This document shows, piece by piece, positions 31,220-41,277 of a DNA stretch of 64,000 nt (position 1 is its first letter; each line of letters opens with the position of its first letter). The position numbers were made by a program, and so were the translations under genes. The stretch is from assembly GCA_013314755.1 (NCBI GenBank), contig JABUFA010000001.1, positions 23,594 through 87,593 of the forward strand, read 5' to 3'. The notes under the pieces are model-generated. The model was not told the DNA's origin, ran no database searches, and saw nothing but the letters and a program-made list of their open reading frames with translations. The DNA comes from Chthonomonadia bacterium. GTDB taxonomy: Bacteria; Armatimonadota; HRBIN16.

Positions 31220-32827
31220 ATGGAACAACGCTTTAGGGATTTTTTAGAAAATCATGTGAACGAAGTGCGCCCGCTGGCGCGAGAGACCGCGCTGGCGTGG
31301 TGGGAAGCGAACGTGACGGGTAGCGAAGAGGCGTTTGAACGCGCTGCGCTACTGCAGGCGCAGATGATGAAAATATACGCCCGCGAACACGAGTACCGTT
31401 TCCTGCAGGAAATCCCAAACGACAGCCTGTCCGACCCCCTGCTCCGCCGACAGCACAAGCTTCTGCTGGATGAATATCGCGGTCACCAGATGTCCGAAAA
31501 GACCATCGACGAAATCGTCCAGCGTGAGAAGGAGATTGAGAAGGAGTACAACACCTATCGCGCCCTGTTCCGCGGCCAGCGCGTCAGCGACAACGCCCTG
31601 CGTGACATCCTGCAAAAGAGCACTGACAGCGAAGAACGACGCGAGGCATGGGAAGCCAGCAAACAGATTGGCGAGCGGGTAGCAGACGCGGTGCGCGAAC
31701 TGGTGCGCATTCGCAACCGCGAGGCGCGACGGCTGGGCTTTCGCGACTACTACGCCATGCAGCTGGAACTGCAGGAGCTGGACGAAATGCGCCTGTTCAA
31801 CCTGCTGGAAGAACTGCATCAGCTGAGCAACGCCCCCTTCCAGCGGTACAAGCAAAAGCTGGACGCACGCCTTGCGGAGCGATTTGGCATCGCGGTAGAT
31901 GACCTGCGCCCCTGGCACTACACCGACCCCTTCTTCCAAAGCCCTCCGCCGGGCGAGGTGGACCTGAACCCGCTGTTTGAGGACAAGGACATCGAGGCGA
32001 TTTCCCGGCAGTTCTACGCAGCCGTCGGGCTACCAGTAGAGCCGATTCTGGAGCGGAGTGACCTCTACGAGCGCGAAGGCAAGAGTCAGCACGCCTTCTG
32101 CATCGATATCGACCGCGAGGGCGACGTACGCATCCTGTGTAACCTGCGCCCCAGCGAGCGCTGGATGGGCACGATGCTCCATGAACTGGGACATGCGGTG
32201 TACGACTACTACATCGACCGTTCCCTGCCGTATCTGCTTCGCACGCCGGCGCACACCCTCAGCACCGAAGCCATCGCGATGCTGTTCGGCAGGATGCACC
32301 GCAACGCCTCGTGGCTCCAGCGATACGCAGGCGTCCCCGCCGAGCAGGCGCAGGCGGTCGCACGCCCCGCTATCGAGGAGATGCAGGCATCGCTCATCGT
32401 CTTCACCCGATGGGTGCTGGTGATGACGCACTTCGAAAGAGCCATGTACGCCGACCCCGACAGCGACCTGAACAGCCTGTGGTGGCAGCTCGTGGAGAAG
32501 TACCAGTGGCTGACCAAACCCGAAGGGCGCAATGCCCCAGACTGGTGCGCGAAGGTACACATTGCGCTGGCGCCCGTGTACTACCAGAACTACATCCTGG
32601 GCGAGATGGAAGCGTCGCAGCTGGTGCATGTCCTGCGCACGAAGGTGCTGGCGGGAGAGCCGAGGGACGCCATCGTGTACAGCCCAAAGGTAGGCGAGTT
32701 TCTGAAGGAGAAGGTGTTCTCCACCGGAGCCACGCTCCCGTGGGAGGAGGCTCTGCAATATGCCACCGGCGAAAGGCTGAACCCGGCGTACTTTGTGGCG
32801 CAGATGGAAGCAGAAGAGCCGATTTAG
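31220..32827 (+). CDS. Zinc metallopeptidase, M2/M32-like (ACE-like / carboxypeptidase Taq-like) HEXXH enzyme
   Basis: HEXXH in GTMLHELGHAVYDYY. The N-terminal region ALAWWEANVTGSEEAFERAA resembles the M2/M32 N-terminal helices. AAGGAGG RBS before ATG 31220. Exact family not resolved. Confidence 0.55.
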   Translation: MEQRFRDFLENHVNEVRPLARETALAWWEANVTGSEEAFERAALLQAQMMKIYAREHEYRFLQEIPNDSLSDPLLRRQHKLLLDEYRGHQMSEKTIDEIVQREKEIEKEYNTYRALFRGQRVSDNALRDILQKSTDSEERREAWEASKQIGERVADAVRELVRIRNREARRLGFRDYYAMQLELQELDEMRLFNLLEELHQLSNAPFQRYKQKLDARLAERFGIAVDDLRPWHYTDPFFQSPPPGEVDLNPLFEDKDIEAISRQFYAAVGLPVEPILERSDLYEREGKSQHAFCIDIDREGDVRILCNLRPSERWMGTMLHELGHAVYDYYIDRSLPYLLRTPAHTLSTEAIAMLFGRMHRNASWLQRYAGVPAEQAQAVARPAIEEMQASLIVFTRWVLVMTHFERAMYADPDSDLNSLWWQLVEKYQWLTKPEGRNAPDWCAKVHIALAPVYYQNYILGEMEASQLVHVLRTKVLAGEPRDAIVYSPKVGEFLKEKVFSTGATLPWEEALQYATGERLNPAYFVAQMEAEEPI

Positions 32828-32971
32828 TACCCCACCTATTCCATATCTCTGGAGGGCGAGCGGAGAATGGTCTGGGTATCCACCTCGTCCTCCAGAAGCA
32901 CAGTGGTTTGCAGGTATCTTCCCGTACCTCGGCGAATACGAAAGGTGACTTCACACATCAGTGACCTGACC

Positions 32972-34297
32972 ATGCAACCCATTCTCTGGGCGCTGGCTTT
33001 CGTGCTGACATATCCGGCGGTCGCTTATGCGCTGACCGCAACCTATTCTCTAGCCACCCGGCGAGGCAGGGGAACGCTGGCGCTGTCGCTGGTGCTGCTG
33101 TTAGCGCTGGGGGGCGTGCTGGCGTGGGCAATCACGCGCATTATCCCGGCGCCCCCGGGCTGGCTGGTGTGGGACCTCATCGTATGGCTGCCATCGCTGG
33201 CGGTGGTGCGCACCCGTATCCGAAACGCCCGGGAGGCAGGAGAAGGACAGACCGCTCGCGCTATCCAGCAGGCACTGCGCCACTCCGTCCTGCATACCGT
33301 CCTGCTGAGCGGAGCGATACTGTTCTGTATCCCCTTCGCGTGGTTGGTGGTAACTTCGCTCAAGGAAGATGAGGACATGAGCAAGTTTCCCCCCGTATGG
33401 GTGCCGCGCCAGCAGGTGAAGGTCACCATCCATGGCAAAGAATGCGGCGTCAGCATTCTAAACCGCAACGGACAGAAGCTGAAGGTCGCCACCCTGGAGG
33501 AGTTGGAAACGGGCGAGCATCGCGTGCAGGTGCTGGAACCGGCAAGCCGACGCGGCGAGGTGTTCCTGGTTCCCGGTTCGCGGCTGCAGAAGGTGCGCGT
33601 GTTCGCTCCCAAATGGGAGAACTACTGGGATGCCCTGCGCTTCCTGCCCCCCGAGACGAACTACGGATTGGTGTTTCTGTGGAACACGCTGTTCCTGTCC
33701 ATCCTCAGCATCATCGGCACGGTGTTGAGCAGTTCGCTGGTGGCGTTCGCGTTCAGCCGGTTGCGCTGGCCCGGCAGGGACATCTGGTTCGTGGTGCTTC
33801 TGGCAACCATGATGGTGCCCGGCGCGGTGACCATGCTTCCGGTGTTTGTCATTTTCCGTGCGCTGGGGTGGGTGGATACCCTGCGCCCGCTGTGGGTTCC
33901 CGCCTTCTTCGGCAGTGCGTTCAATATCTTCCTGCTTCGCCAGTTCTTCATGACCATCCCGATGGACCTGGAAGACGCCGCCAAAATAGACGGTTGCAGC
34001 TACTTCGGCATCTACTGGCGCATTATGCTCCCGCTGATTAAGCCTGCGCTGGCAGCGGTCACCATCTGGACGTTCATGGGCGCGTGGAATAACTTCATGG
34101 GTCCGCTCATCTATATCTCCAGCCCCGAAAAGATGCCTCTGGCGTATGCTCTGCAGCTGTTCCAGTCCCAGCATGGTGGCGAGCCAGGTATGCTGATGGC
34201 GGCGGCAACGATGGTGATGCTGCCCGTGCTGGTGCTGTTCTTCTTCACGCAGAGATACTTTATCGAGGGCGTAACGCTGACCGGTATCAAAGGCTAG
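32972..34297 (+). CDS. Carbohydrate-type ABC transporter permease (MalG/CUT1-like) with ~170-aa N-terminal membrane + periplasmic extension
   Basis: The C-terminal 270 aa is a typical CUT1 permease including the EAA loop (DLEDAAKIDGCSYFGIYWRIMLPL). The N-terminal four TM helices and a periplasmic beta-rich segment are unusual. No cognate ATPase or binding protein is adjacent. Confidence 0.6.
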   Translation: MQPILWALAFVLTYPAVAYALTATYSLATRRGRGTLALSLVLLLALGGVLAWAITRIIPAPPGWLVWDLIVWLPSLAVVRTRIRNAREAGEGQTARAIQQALRHSVLHTVLLSGAILFCIPFAWLVVTSLKEDEDMSKFPPVWVPRQQVKVTIHGKECGVSILNRNGQKLKVATLEELETGEHRVQVLEPASRRGEVFLVPGSRLQKVRVFAPKWENYWDALRFLPPETNYGLVFLWNTLFLSILSIIGTVLSSSLVAFAFSRLRWPGRDIWFVVLLATMMVPGAVTMLPVFVIFRALGWVDTLRPLWVPAFFGSAFNIFLLRQFFMTIPMDLEDAAKIDGCSYFGIYWRIMLPLIKPALAAVTIWTFMGAWNNFMGPLIYISSPEKMPLAYALQLFQSQHGGEPGMLMAAATMVMLPVLVLFFFTQRYFIEGVTLTGIKG

Positions 34298-34318
34298 GGA
34301 GAAGGCGGTGACTATTGA

Positions 34319-35104
34319 ATGCGCTTCGGCGAGGAGCTGGTGCATGAGGAAATCTACCGCCTGCTCACGCGCGAGTACAGCCAGGCGAGCTGTGTCTCGC
34401 TGGCAGTGCTTCTGGCAGCGGCGGGCGGAGCCGTTCTCGGGGGCTGGATCTCCACGTTCTCTCCAGGTACCGCCGAGCCGGGCGCCGTCATCGTGATCAC
34501 TATGGGCGTCTCCGCGCTGATTGCCTACGCCTACACCGTCGCGCGCCGCAAGCCCGAACTGAGCACCGACGACATCCGCCGCGTATTGCCCCTGCTCAAC
34601 CTCGATGAGGGCGAGCAGGCGTACGTGGACTCACTCCTCGCCATCGGGGATAATCCATATCTGAGCGACGAGACCGCCGTGCAGATTGTGACAGAGATGA
34701 GGCGCCTGCTGAACACCTACTATCAGGTGCAAAACCATTTGGAGCAACTGCGCGAAGCGATGGGGACCGCCAGCGAAGAAGAGCGTGAGAAACTGCGCCA
34801 GCGGTTAGAACAGGCACAGGACGCCGAAGCACGAAGCGCCCTGCAAGAGAGCCTGCAGCTGCTGGAAGGGCGACTGAAAAGCCGTCAGACGCTGTCAACC
34901 TACGCCCAGCGAATGGAGGCGCACCTGGAGCTGATACTGCAAACGCTCAAAAGCCTGCGCGACTCCCTTGCTCGCCTGAAAATAGCCCCCGAAGGGCCGG
35001 GCGAGTTCGACATCGAACACCTGCGCCAGCGACTGCTGGAGATTCAGCAGGAGACCTCCGCTATTGAAAGCGCCGTGCAGGAAGTGCTCGGCGGTGCGTT
35101 ATGA
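34319..35104 (+). CDS. Membrane-anchored coiled-coil protein (hypothetical)
   Basis: Two N-terminal TM helices followed by ~150 aa of heptad-like, E/Q/L/R-rich sequence. No motif recognised. Confidence 0.4.
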   Translation: MRFGEELVHEEIYRLLTREYSQASCVSLAVLLAAAGGAVLGGWISTFSPGTAEPGAVIVITMGVSALIAYAYTVARRKPELSTDDIRRVLPLLNLDEGEQAYVDSLLAIGDNPYLSDETAVQIVTEMRRLLNTYYQVQNHLEQLREAMGTASEEEREKLRQRLEQAQDAEARSALQESLQLLEGRLKSRQTLSTYAQRMEAHLELILQTLKSLRDSLARLKIAPEGPGEFDIEHLRQRLLEIQQETSAIESAVQEVLGGAL

Positions 35105-35163
35105 AAACCCCTCTCCCAGCGGACTGAGAGAGGGGCAGAGGGTGAGTGGCTGAGGACAATCGT

Positions 35164-35957
35164 TCAGTCTTTCCACAGCAGGGCGCCGCGATAGCCACCC
35201 TGGCAGTATACCGGATACGATTCATCCGCCCAGAAGTTGCGATCGGACTTGGCGTGGCCGTCGGCGAACACGAAGTTAATCGCGCCCACAGGCTTTTCGG
35301 CAGGTCCCGTCACGTGGTGCACCGGGCGCCCGTACAGCCATCCACTGTTTGGCAACGAAACGCACCAGAATGGACCCTCGCCATTGACCGTGATGCCGTA
35401 GAACGATGCCCACATTTGGGTGACGGTGTCCGCAAAAATAGCGACGGACGCAGGTGAGCCGATTGCCCCAAGCGTGCGCGGCGTGCACTGGTTGCCGATG
35501 ATGTACTCATTGAAGCCGTAGGTGATGCAGTAGTCCGGCAGCTGTCCGTTAGCCTCCACGTAGTTTGCCATGTAGTATCGGCAGTTGCCAGCCATCGGGC
35601 ACCAGGGACACGCACTCTCGGTTACTCCCGCGCCGATGCTGGGACACTGGAACAGCCCCTTGCTCTTCACGTAGGGCATCAGCAGTGCCGTCCACAGCAC
35701 GTTGGGCTGGTCGGGATTACTGCACCAGGGCGCGCCTCCCGGACCGCCGGGCCAGGGGTTCCACACGAAGGTCTCGTCGTAGTCCTGGATGTACATGTTG
35801 TGCGCCAGACCTATCTGCTTGGTGTTGGACAGACAACCGGTCATGCGCGCCTTCTCCCGTGCCTGAGCGAACACGGGGAACAGAATCGCCGCCAGGATAG
35901 CAATTATCGCTATCACGACGAGCAACTCGATAAGCGTAAAGCCGTTGCGTTTCATGA
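35164..35957 (-). CDS. Prepilin-type N-terminal cleavage/methylation domain protein, H-X9-DG (DUF1559) family
   Basis: Internal start [37 protein letters not shown] with GGAGGG RBS, and a C-terminal [10 protein letters not shown]9-DG motif. The ORF-track N-terminal extension (TTG at 36096) is unlikely. Start coordinate approximate. Confidence 0.75.
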
Positions 35958-35968
35958 TGTTACCCTCC

Positions 35969-37087
35969 TCATGATTTTGTATGCGTCTCACCCGCGGCAT
36001 GGTCACATGAATCGCGTACGACCAGTTCCACGGGCAGATACTCCACACTACTCTGCTCTTCAGTGGATGAGCGCATGGTCGAAAGCAATCGTTCAATCGC
36101 CCGCTCTCCCATGCGGTACAGCGGTTGGCGCACCACCGTTAGCGGTGGCTGTAGATGCGCTGCCGAAGGCGGGTCATCAAAGCTCACGATGCTCACATCC
36201 TGGGGCACACGCAGACGCAGGGTGCGTATCAGCCCCAGCACATCCAGGGTCAGGTAGTAGCCCGCGCAAAAGATGGCGGTAATCGGCTCGCGGCGCAACA
36301 GCAGGGAGGTTAGATGCCGGCGTGACGCCTCGTCCATTTGCCAGTTTGAGCGTGCCCGAACAACCCAGTCGTCCTCCACCGGGATACCATGCTCGTCCAT
36401 CGCCTGCAGATAGCCGTGCAGACGGTCACGGCAGTTGGTGGCAGAGTCTTTGCCGTTCACATAGGCGATGCGCCGATGTCCCAGCCGGAAAAGGTAGCTG
36501 ACCGCCATCCGCGCCCCGCCGATATTGTCGCTGTCCACACAGGCGAAAGGCGCTTCCTTCCACGACGCGCCCAGCACCACAAAAGGAACGCCCCTGGCAA
36601 ACAGACGATACAGCGTATCATACCCCTGCTCGTCCGGGATCAGAAAGAGAAAGCCCGCGTCGGGATATGCCTGAACCAGATGCTCGTAGCCGTCATAGTG
36701 GGCGGCTTCCACTACCAGCGCGAAGCCGTTCGCGCTTGCCCGGTCACGAAATGCATGGAAGGGCCAGCGCAGGTAGGTATCTTCCTCTAGATGGTCAGCA
36801 AATGGAGGCACCATCACCACCGTCGGGCGAGCGACCGTATGTGTCGACGGCTTTCTGTGCTGTACATAAGTGCCCGACCCCACCCGCCGTACCAGCACGC
36901 CTGCCCGCACCAGCTCCTGAATGGCGCGGTTGACCGTCATCTGGCTCACGCCGAACTGGCGGGCGATGGCGCGCTCGCTAGGGATGCGTTCTCCTTCGCG
37001 CACCTTGCGCTGGGCGATGAGCTGTTCGATATGTCTCTGGATGCGCTGATAGCGCGGTTCGGATACGGGCATGAGAACCCTCGCCAT
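35969..37087 (-). CDS. AraR-like hybrid transcriptional regulator (GntR-type wHTH N-terminus + LacI/PBP-type sugar-binding C-terminus)
   Basis: N-terminal [12 protein letters not shown]...[28 protein letters not shown] is a GntR HTH. The remaining ~290 aa resembles a LacI-family periplasmic-binding-fold effector domain. Divergent from the GH116 gene. Confidence 0.65.
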   Translation of the reverse strand: MARVLMPVSEPRYQRIQRHIEQLIAQRKVREGERIPSERAIARQFGVSQMTVNRAIQELVRAGVLVRRVGSGTYVQHRKPSTHTVARPTVVMVPPFADHLEEDTYLRWPFHAFRDRASANGFALVVEAAHYDGYEHLVQAYPDAGFLFLIPDEQGYDTLYRLFARGVPFVVLGASWKEAPFACVDSDNIGGARMAVSYLFRLGHRRIAYVNGKDSATNCRDRLHGYLQAMDEHGIPVEDDWVVRARSNWQMDEASRRHLTSLLLRREPITAIFCAGYYLTLDVLGLIRTLRLRVPQDVSIVSFDDPPSAAHLQPPLTVVRQPLYRMGERAIERLLSTMRSSTEEQSSVEYLPVELVVRDSCDHAAGETHTKS

Positions 37088-37236
37088 TTGTTCTATAACA
37101 TTTGAGTTTATTCTATATCATTCTGCAGAGAATGTCAAGGGCGTGTTTGACGACGTGGCCTTCGTCACAGGTAACAGCGATGAGATGGGCGAAGTAAAAA
37201 ATACGAAACCCTATCTGAACATGAGAGGATTGCGCT

Positions 37237-39864
37237 ATGCCGTTGATTCACTCGACCGTTCAACATACATCCGGTATCCCGCTTGGGGGGATTGGCACCG
37301 GCTCGGTGGAGATACGCCCGGACGGGCTGTTTGGCGAGTGGCAGATATTCAACATGGGCGCGTGGTCGCCCGGTACGCCCGGTGGGGTACGCACCGAAGA
37401 CCTGGTACAGCCCGAAGACCTCGTATTCGTTCTGCGCGTTGCCACGCCGGACGGAGATGTGCAGATACGCTACCTTGCCCTGCGCGAAAGCCTGCACGAC
37501 CTGTATTCGGCGGGGTGGGCGCGCTCGGTCAGGGCAATTCAGTTCGAGGGCATGTTTCCTGTTGCCCGCCTGCATTACGTGGACGAAACACTGCCCGTCA
37601 GTGTGAGCGCGGAGGTCTTCTCGCCGTTCATCCCGCTGGACAGTCGCGCCTCGGGCACACCGGGCTTTTACGTGCGCTTTCTTGTTCGGAACGAAGCGGG
37701 GGATCCCGTTGACGTGTCCATTGCCGGCGTCCTGCGCAACATGGCTGGTATTGGGCAGGACAGCAGGAAGGCTCGCAACCTGCTTCAACTGCTGGACAGG
37801 GGGATGGCGATACAGTTGACGGCAGAGAATATACAGCCTAACCACCCCTCTACCGGCGACATGTGCTTCGCGGTGACAGGCGGCGAGGTGAGTTATATCA
37901 CCGGCGGCTACCGCGAGGAGTACCGTTCCATGCTGTTCTGGCGGAATCGCTTCGGGCTGAAGCCGGTATCTGTTCTGCGCCGCTTCCGCGAGGAAGGCAG
38001 TTTGCCCAATCTTGCCCCGGAAACCGCTCCCGAACTTCCGGCGGACTTCAGCGCGTCCCGGCTCTCTCAGCAGGAGCGCGAGGCGGTGCTCCAGCAGCTT
38101 CTGCAACACCCCTTTGTTTACGACAAATACCATCGCCTTGCACAGATTGACCCCCAGCTGGCGGCATCGGCTGAGTTTCTGGAGGAGGTCGCGATGAACC
38201 TTCAGGAACTGCGGGAGCGCAGCACCGAATGGGGCTACGCAGGGCTTTGCAGTCGCCAGCAGGTGGAACCTGAATGCGAGCGCGAAGCGCTGTTCGTCGT
38301 CGGCTGGTTCTTCCCCAACCACATCAGCCCCACCGGCGCCCGCATCGGGCATCAGTACGAGCACTGGTTCGGCAGCTCGCTGGACGTGGTGAACTACCTG
38401 GTGCACAACGCCCCATCCCTGCGCGAGCGCACGCTGGACTTCGTGGAGTCCATCTACGACTCCAGCCTGCCCGCCGAAGCCGCCGATGCCATCAGCGGAC
38501 AGCTTTCCACCCTGACAAAGTGCACCTGGTGGACAAAAGAGGGGCATTTTGGGGTGTGGGAAGGGCTGGGATGCTGTGGATTCCACACCACCGACATCAC
38601 CTATCAGGGGTCGTTCCCCATCCTTGCGCTGTTCCCCGACCTGCAGAAAACGCAGATGAGACATGGTGCGAAGTTCCAGCGTGAGGACGGGCGCGTGCAC
38701 CACTTCTTCACTCCAGATTTCAGTGCGGTGGACAACGATTTTGCCCGCGTGGACATGAACCCGCAGTTTGTGATGCTGACGGCGCGTGATTACCTGTGGA
38801 CAGGCGACAGGGACTATCTGCAGAGCCTCTATCCGCACGTGGTGCGTGCGATGGACAACACCCTTCTGCTGGACACGGACGGCGACGCCCTGCCCGACAC
38901 CGATACCCGTCGCAATACGTACGACGTGTGGGATTTTCAGGGCAGTCCCTCCTATATCTGCAGTCTGTGGCTGGGCGCACTCAAAAGCGCGGTCCGGCTG
39001 GCGGAGGAGATGGGCGACGTCGAGAACGCGCAAAGGTGGCAGTCGCTGTACGAGCGGGGCGTGCAGAGCTTCATCGCGAAGCTGTGGAACGGCGAGTACT
39101 TCGTGCTTTGGCGCGACAGAGACCTGGTCGACGAGTGCTGTATGAGCGACCAGCTCAGCGCGGAGTGGTTCTTTGCTGTCAGCGGCTGGAAGCCCACTCT
39201 TCCCGAGGAGTATATCGACCGCGCGCTGGATGCCATCCTGCGCTATAACTTCCGACAGGGAGAGGGTCTGCGCAACGCTTCGTATCCTCCGGGCAAAGCA
39301 CACCGCCTTGCGGCATCGAGTAATCTGCAGGCAGAGGGGTTGTGGACGGGCATTGAATATACCGTCGCCGCTCTGCTTATCGCGCGGGGCAGGTTGACCG
39401 AAGGCATGGCAATCGTGCGCGACATTCACGACCGTCACCTGCGGGCAGGCAGATTCTGGAACCACGTGGAGTGCGGCAATCACTACTACCGGGCGATGTC
39501 GGCATGGACCCTGCTGAATGCGCTCACCGGTTTCGGCTGGGACGCCACAAAGGGCGAGCTGACTATTGCGCCGTCCATCCGGGCGACCGAAAGCAGTTAC
39601 CCCTTCTTTACCCCTGTAGCGTGGGGCGTCTATTCGGAGAGCGCGGGAACGGCAGGGAACAGGGCACAAATTGCCGTGGTGGAAGGTGATCTGCGCCTAT
39701 GCACCCTGCGTCTGCCGCGCTGGCGGGGAGGTAAGGAGGTCAGGGTCACTGTGGACATACAGCCGCTCAATGCGGAGGCGGTCCCGGATGGCGAGGGTAT
39801 TGCCCTTCGGTTTGCGGTACCGGTTGTGCTGAGCGCCGGTCAGCAGATGACGGTCACGGTGTAA
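37237..39864 (+). CDS. GH116 family glycosyl hydrolase (GBA2-type beta-glucosidase/glucosylceramidase-like)
   Basis: N-terminus SGIPLGGIGTGSVEIRPDGLFGEWQIFN matches the GBA2 N-terminal domain signature. 875 aa with a C-terminal (alpha/alpha)6 catalytic region. Confidence 0.7.
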   Translation: MPLIHSTVQHTSGIPLGGIGTGSVEIRPDGLFGEWQIFNMGAWSPGTPGGVRTEDLVQPEDLVFVLRVATPDGDVQIRYLALRESLHDLYSAGWARSVRAIQFEGMFPVARLHYVDETLPVSVSAEVFSPFIPLDSRASGTPGFYVRFLVRNEAGDPVDVSIAGVLRNMAGIGQDSRKARNLLQLLDRGMAIQLTAENIQPNHPSTGDMCFAVTGGEVSYITGGYREEYRSMLFWRNRFGLKPVSVLRRFREEGSLPNLAPETAPELPADFSASRLSQQEREAVLQQLLQHPFVYDKYHRLAQIDPQLAASAEFLEEVAMNLQELRERSTEWGYAGLCSRQQVEPECEREALFVVGWFFPNHISPTGARIGHQYEHWFGSSLDVVNYLVHNAPSLRERTLDFVESIYDSSLPAEAADAISGQLSTLTKCTWWTKEGHFGVWEGLGCCGFHTTDITYQGSFPILALFPDLQKTQMRHGAKFQREDGRVHHFFTPDFSAVDNDFARVDMNPQFVMLTARDYLWTGDRDYLQSLYPHVVRAMDNTLLLDTDGDALPDTDTRRNTYDVWDFQGSPSYICSLWLGALKSAVRLAEEMGDVENAQRWQSLYERGVQSFIAKLWNGEYFVLWRDRDLVDECCMSDQLSAEWFFAVSGWKPTLPEEYIDRALDAILRYNFRQGEGLRNASYPPGKAHRLAASSNLQAEGLWTGIEYTVAALLIARGRLTEGMAIVRDIHDRHLRAGRFWNHVECGNHYYRAMSAWTLLNALTGFGWDATKGELTIAPSIRATESSYPFFTPVAWGVYSESAGTAGNRAQIAVVEGDLRLCTLRLPRWRGGKEVRVTVDIQPLNAEAVPDGEGIALRFAVPVVLSAGQQMTVTV

Positions 39865-39879
39865 TCTTTCCCCCTTTCA

Positions 39880-39911
39880 ATAAAAAATGGGCTGGGGGAA
39901 ATCCCCAGCCC
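39880..39911 (-). terminator. Rho-independent terminator (GGGCTGGGG-gaaat-CCCCAGCCC + T-run on minus strand)
   Basis: Perfect 9-bp GC stem immediately followed on the minus strand by ATTTTTTATT. Lies downstream of the CHRD/PEP-CTERM gene and also at the 3' end of GH116. Confidence 0.7.
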
Positions 39912-39923
39912 ACTGCGTGTGGT

Positions 39924-40457
39924 CTACCTGCGTCTGCGTCGCAGAGCCAGCAGACCCACACCAATACCCAACCCTGCCATTGTTGCAGGCTCCGGCACAA
40001 CCGGCAAAGCGGTAATCTGTCCGCGGATTTCGCCGCCCGGGTAGGCGGTGGTGTGGACGTTAATGTAGGTGTTACCACTGAGCAGGTTTGCTTCTTCCGC
40101 CGCGGGGAACGGTGCACCGATTATCACCTTGATCAGCTGACCACTCAGCGCGGCGTAGCTGCTGCCGTTGCCGATGTTGAAGATGACCGGACCGTTCACC
40201 CCGATGGGAGCGCGGTGGATATGCGAGCCGGTAATATCGCCCTGCGACAACCCGGTGATGGAGATAGCCAGGTTGATGGTCTTCGTCACGTCATCATAGC
40301 TGCCGAAGAGCACCCCGCTCGCATTGGTAGAAACTGGCGGTACCTCCTGCGAACCTGTCAGAGTCGCCTGCAGGTACCACAACCCTGCGCTCGACGGCAG
40401 AGCGATCAAGCTCAACAATGCCATCAGCACAGCGAACCGAATGCTGAACTTCTTCAA
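39924..40457 (-). CDS. CHRD-domain protein with PEP-CTERM sorting signal
   Basis: Signal peptide, a CHRD-like core (SHIHRAPIGVNGPVIF) and a C-terminal VPEPATMAGLGIGVGLLALRRRRR (PEP + TM + Arg cluster). TTG start. Confidence 0.75.
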   Translation of the reverse strand: MKKFSIRFAVLMALLSLIALPSSAGLWYLQATLTGSQEVPPVSTNASGVLFGSYDDVTKTINLAISITGLSQGDITGSHIHRAPIGVNGPVIFNIGNGSSYAALSGQLIKVIIGAPFPAAEEANLLSGNTYINVHTTAYPGGEIRGQITALPVVPEPATMAGLGIGVGLLALRRRRR

Positions 40458-40536
40458 ACGATCTCCCCTCCTTTCATATGTTGGGTTTTGCGCATACCCT
40501 CCCCATTTCTGGTATACCAGAGAAATATGCCCTTTT

Positions 40537-40569
40537 TATGACAAACAGCCTGCCCAACTTGGGCAGGCT
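40537..40569 (-). terminator. Rho-independent terminator-like hairpin between the two PEP-CTERM genes
   Basis: Stem AGCCTGCCCA/TGGGCAGGCT (10 bp) followed on the minus strand by TTTGTCATAAAAA. Confidence 0.5.
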
Positions 40570-40584
40570 TATCTCTCCCATCTG

Positions 40585-41106
40585 TTAAGCGCGTCGCCGT
40601 CGCAGGAACAGCAAGCCAAGCCCTGTCGACAGCCCAACCAGCGTGACCGGCTCGGGCACAGGAATCAGCTGTCCCCGAATATCCTTCGTGCCGCTGGGGG
40701 TCTGGATCTGGATGTAGGTGTTGCCTGCCAGCAGGTCGGCTTCATAGGCAGACGGGAACAATCCACCGGTGATGAATCGCGAGAATACTGTGCCATTACC
40801 TGACCAGGATGCTCCACCGTCCATGTCATAAATCGCAGGTCCGTTCGTGCCTGGCGCGCCTACGTGAATCTTAGCACCAACTATCTCGCTCTGGGTAAGC
40901 CCCACTTCGTACACTGCGATATTGAACAGTTTGGACACGTCGTCGTAGCTCATGATAGCTTGCCCAAATGCGGTGGTGCTTGTGGGTGGCACGACCTGAC
41001 TGCCGGAGAGGTTTGCGGTGAGCACCCATACGGTGGCGCTGGATGGCAATGCCACCACCGCAAGCAACGTCATGAGCACTCCTAACCGCGTGCATAAGCG
41101 AAGCAT
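40585..41106 (-). CDS. CHRD-domain protein with PEP-CTERM sorting signal (tandem paralog)
   Basis: Same architecture as the downstream gene (AKIHVGAPGTNGPAIY; …VPEPVTLVGLSTGLGLLFLRRRRA). Start at the internal MLRLCT. Confidence 0.75.
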   Translation of the reverse strand: MLRLCTRLGVLMTLLAVVALPSSATVWVLTANLSGSQVVPPTSTTAFGQAIMSYDDVSKLFNIAVYEVGLTQSEIVGAKIHVGAPGTNGPAIYDMDGGASWSGNGTVFSRFITGGLFPSAYEADLLAGNTYIQIQTPSGTKDIRGQLIPVPEPVTLVGLSTGLGLLFLRRRRA

Positions 41107-41277
41107 ATTTGCTCCTCCTTTCGTATCATCATGGACCCGTGAACACCAACCCGGTGCGAGCTGAACTCCCACCTTAATTGTAGTATACACCCTGTACAAA
41201 ATGCTGTCAAGCATTTTTCGCAGTTGCCAGGAAAAAATTGTTGGGATTTACGCACCGGACTGAAATGGCGCAGTGCT

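Noticed and set aside
36097-37236. Possible mobile element between AraR-like gene and GH116
   Set aside because: The region is simply the 5' part of the regulator gene plus a 150-bp divergent promoter. No transposase or inverted terminal repeats.
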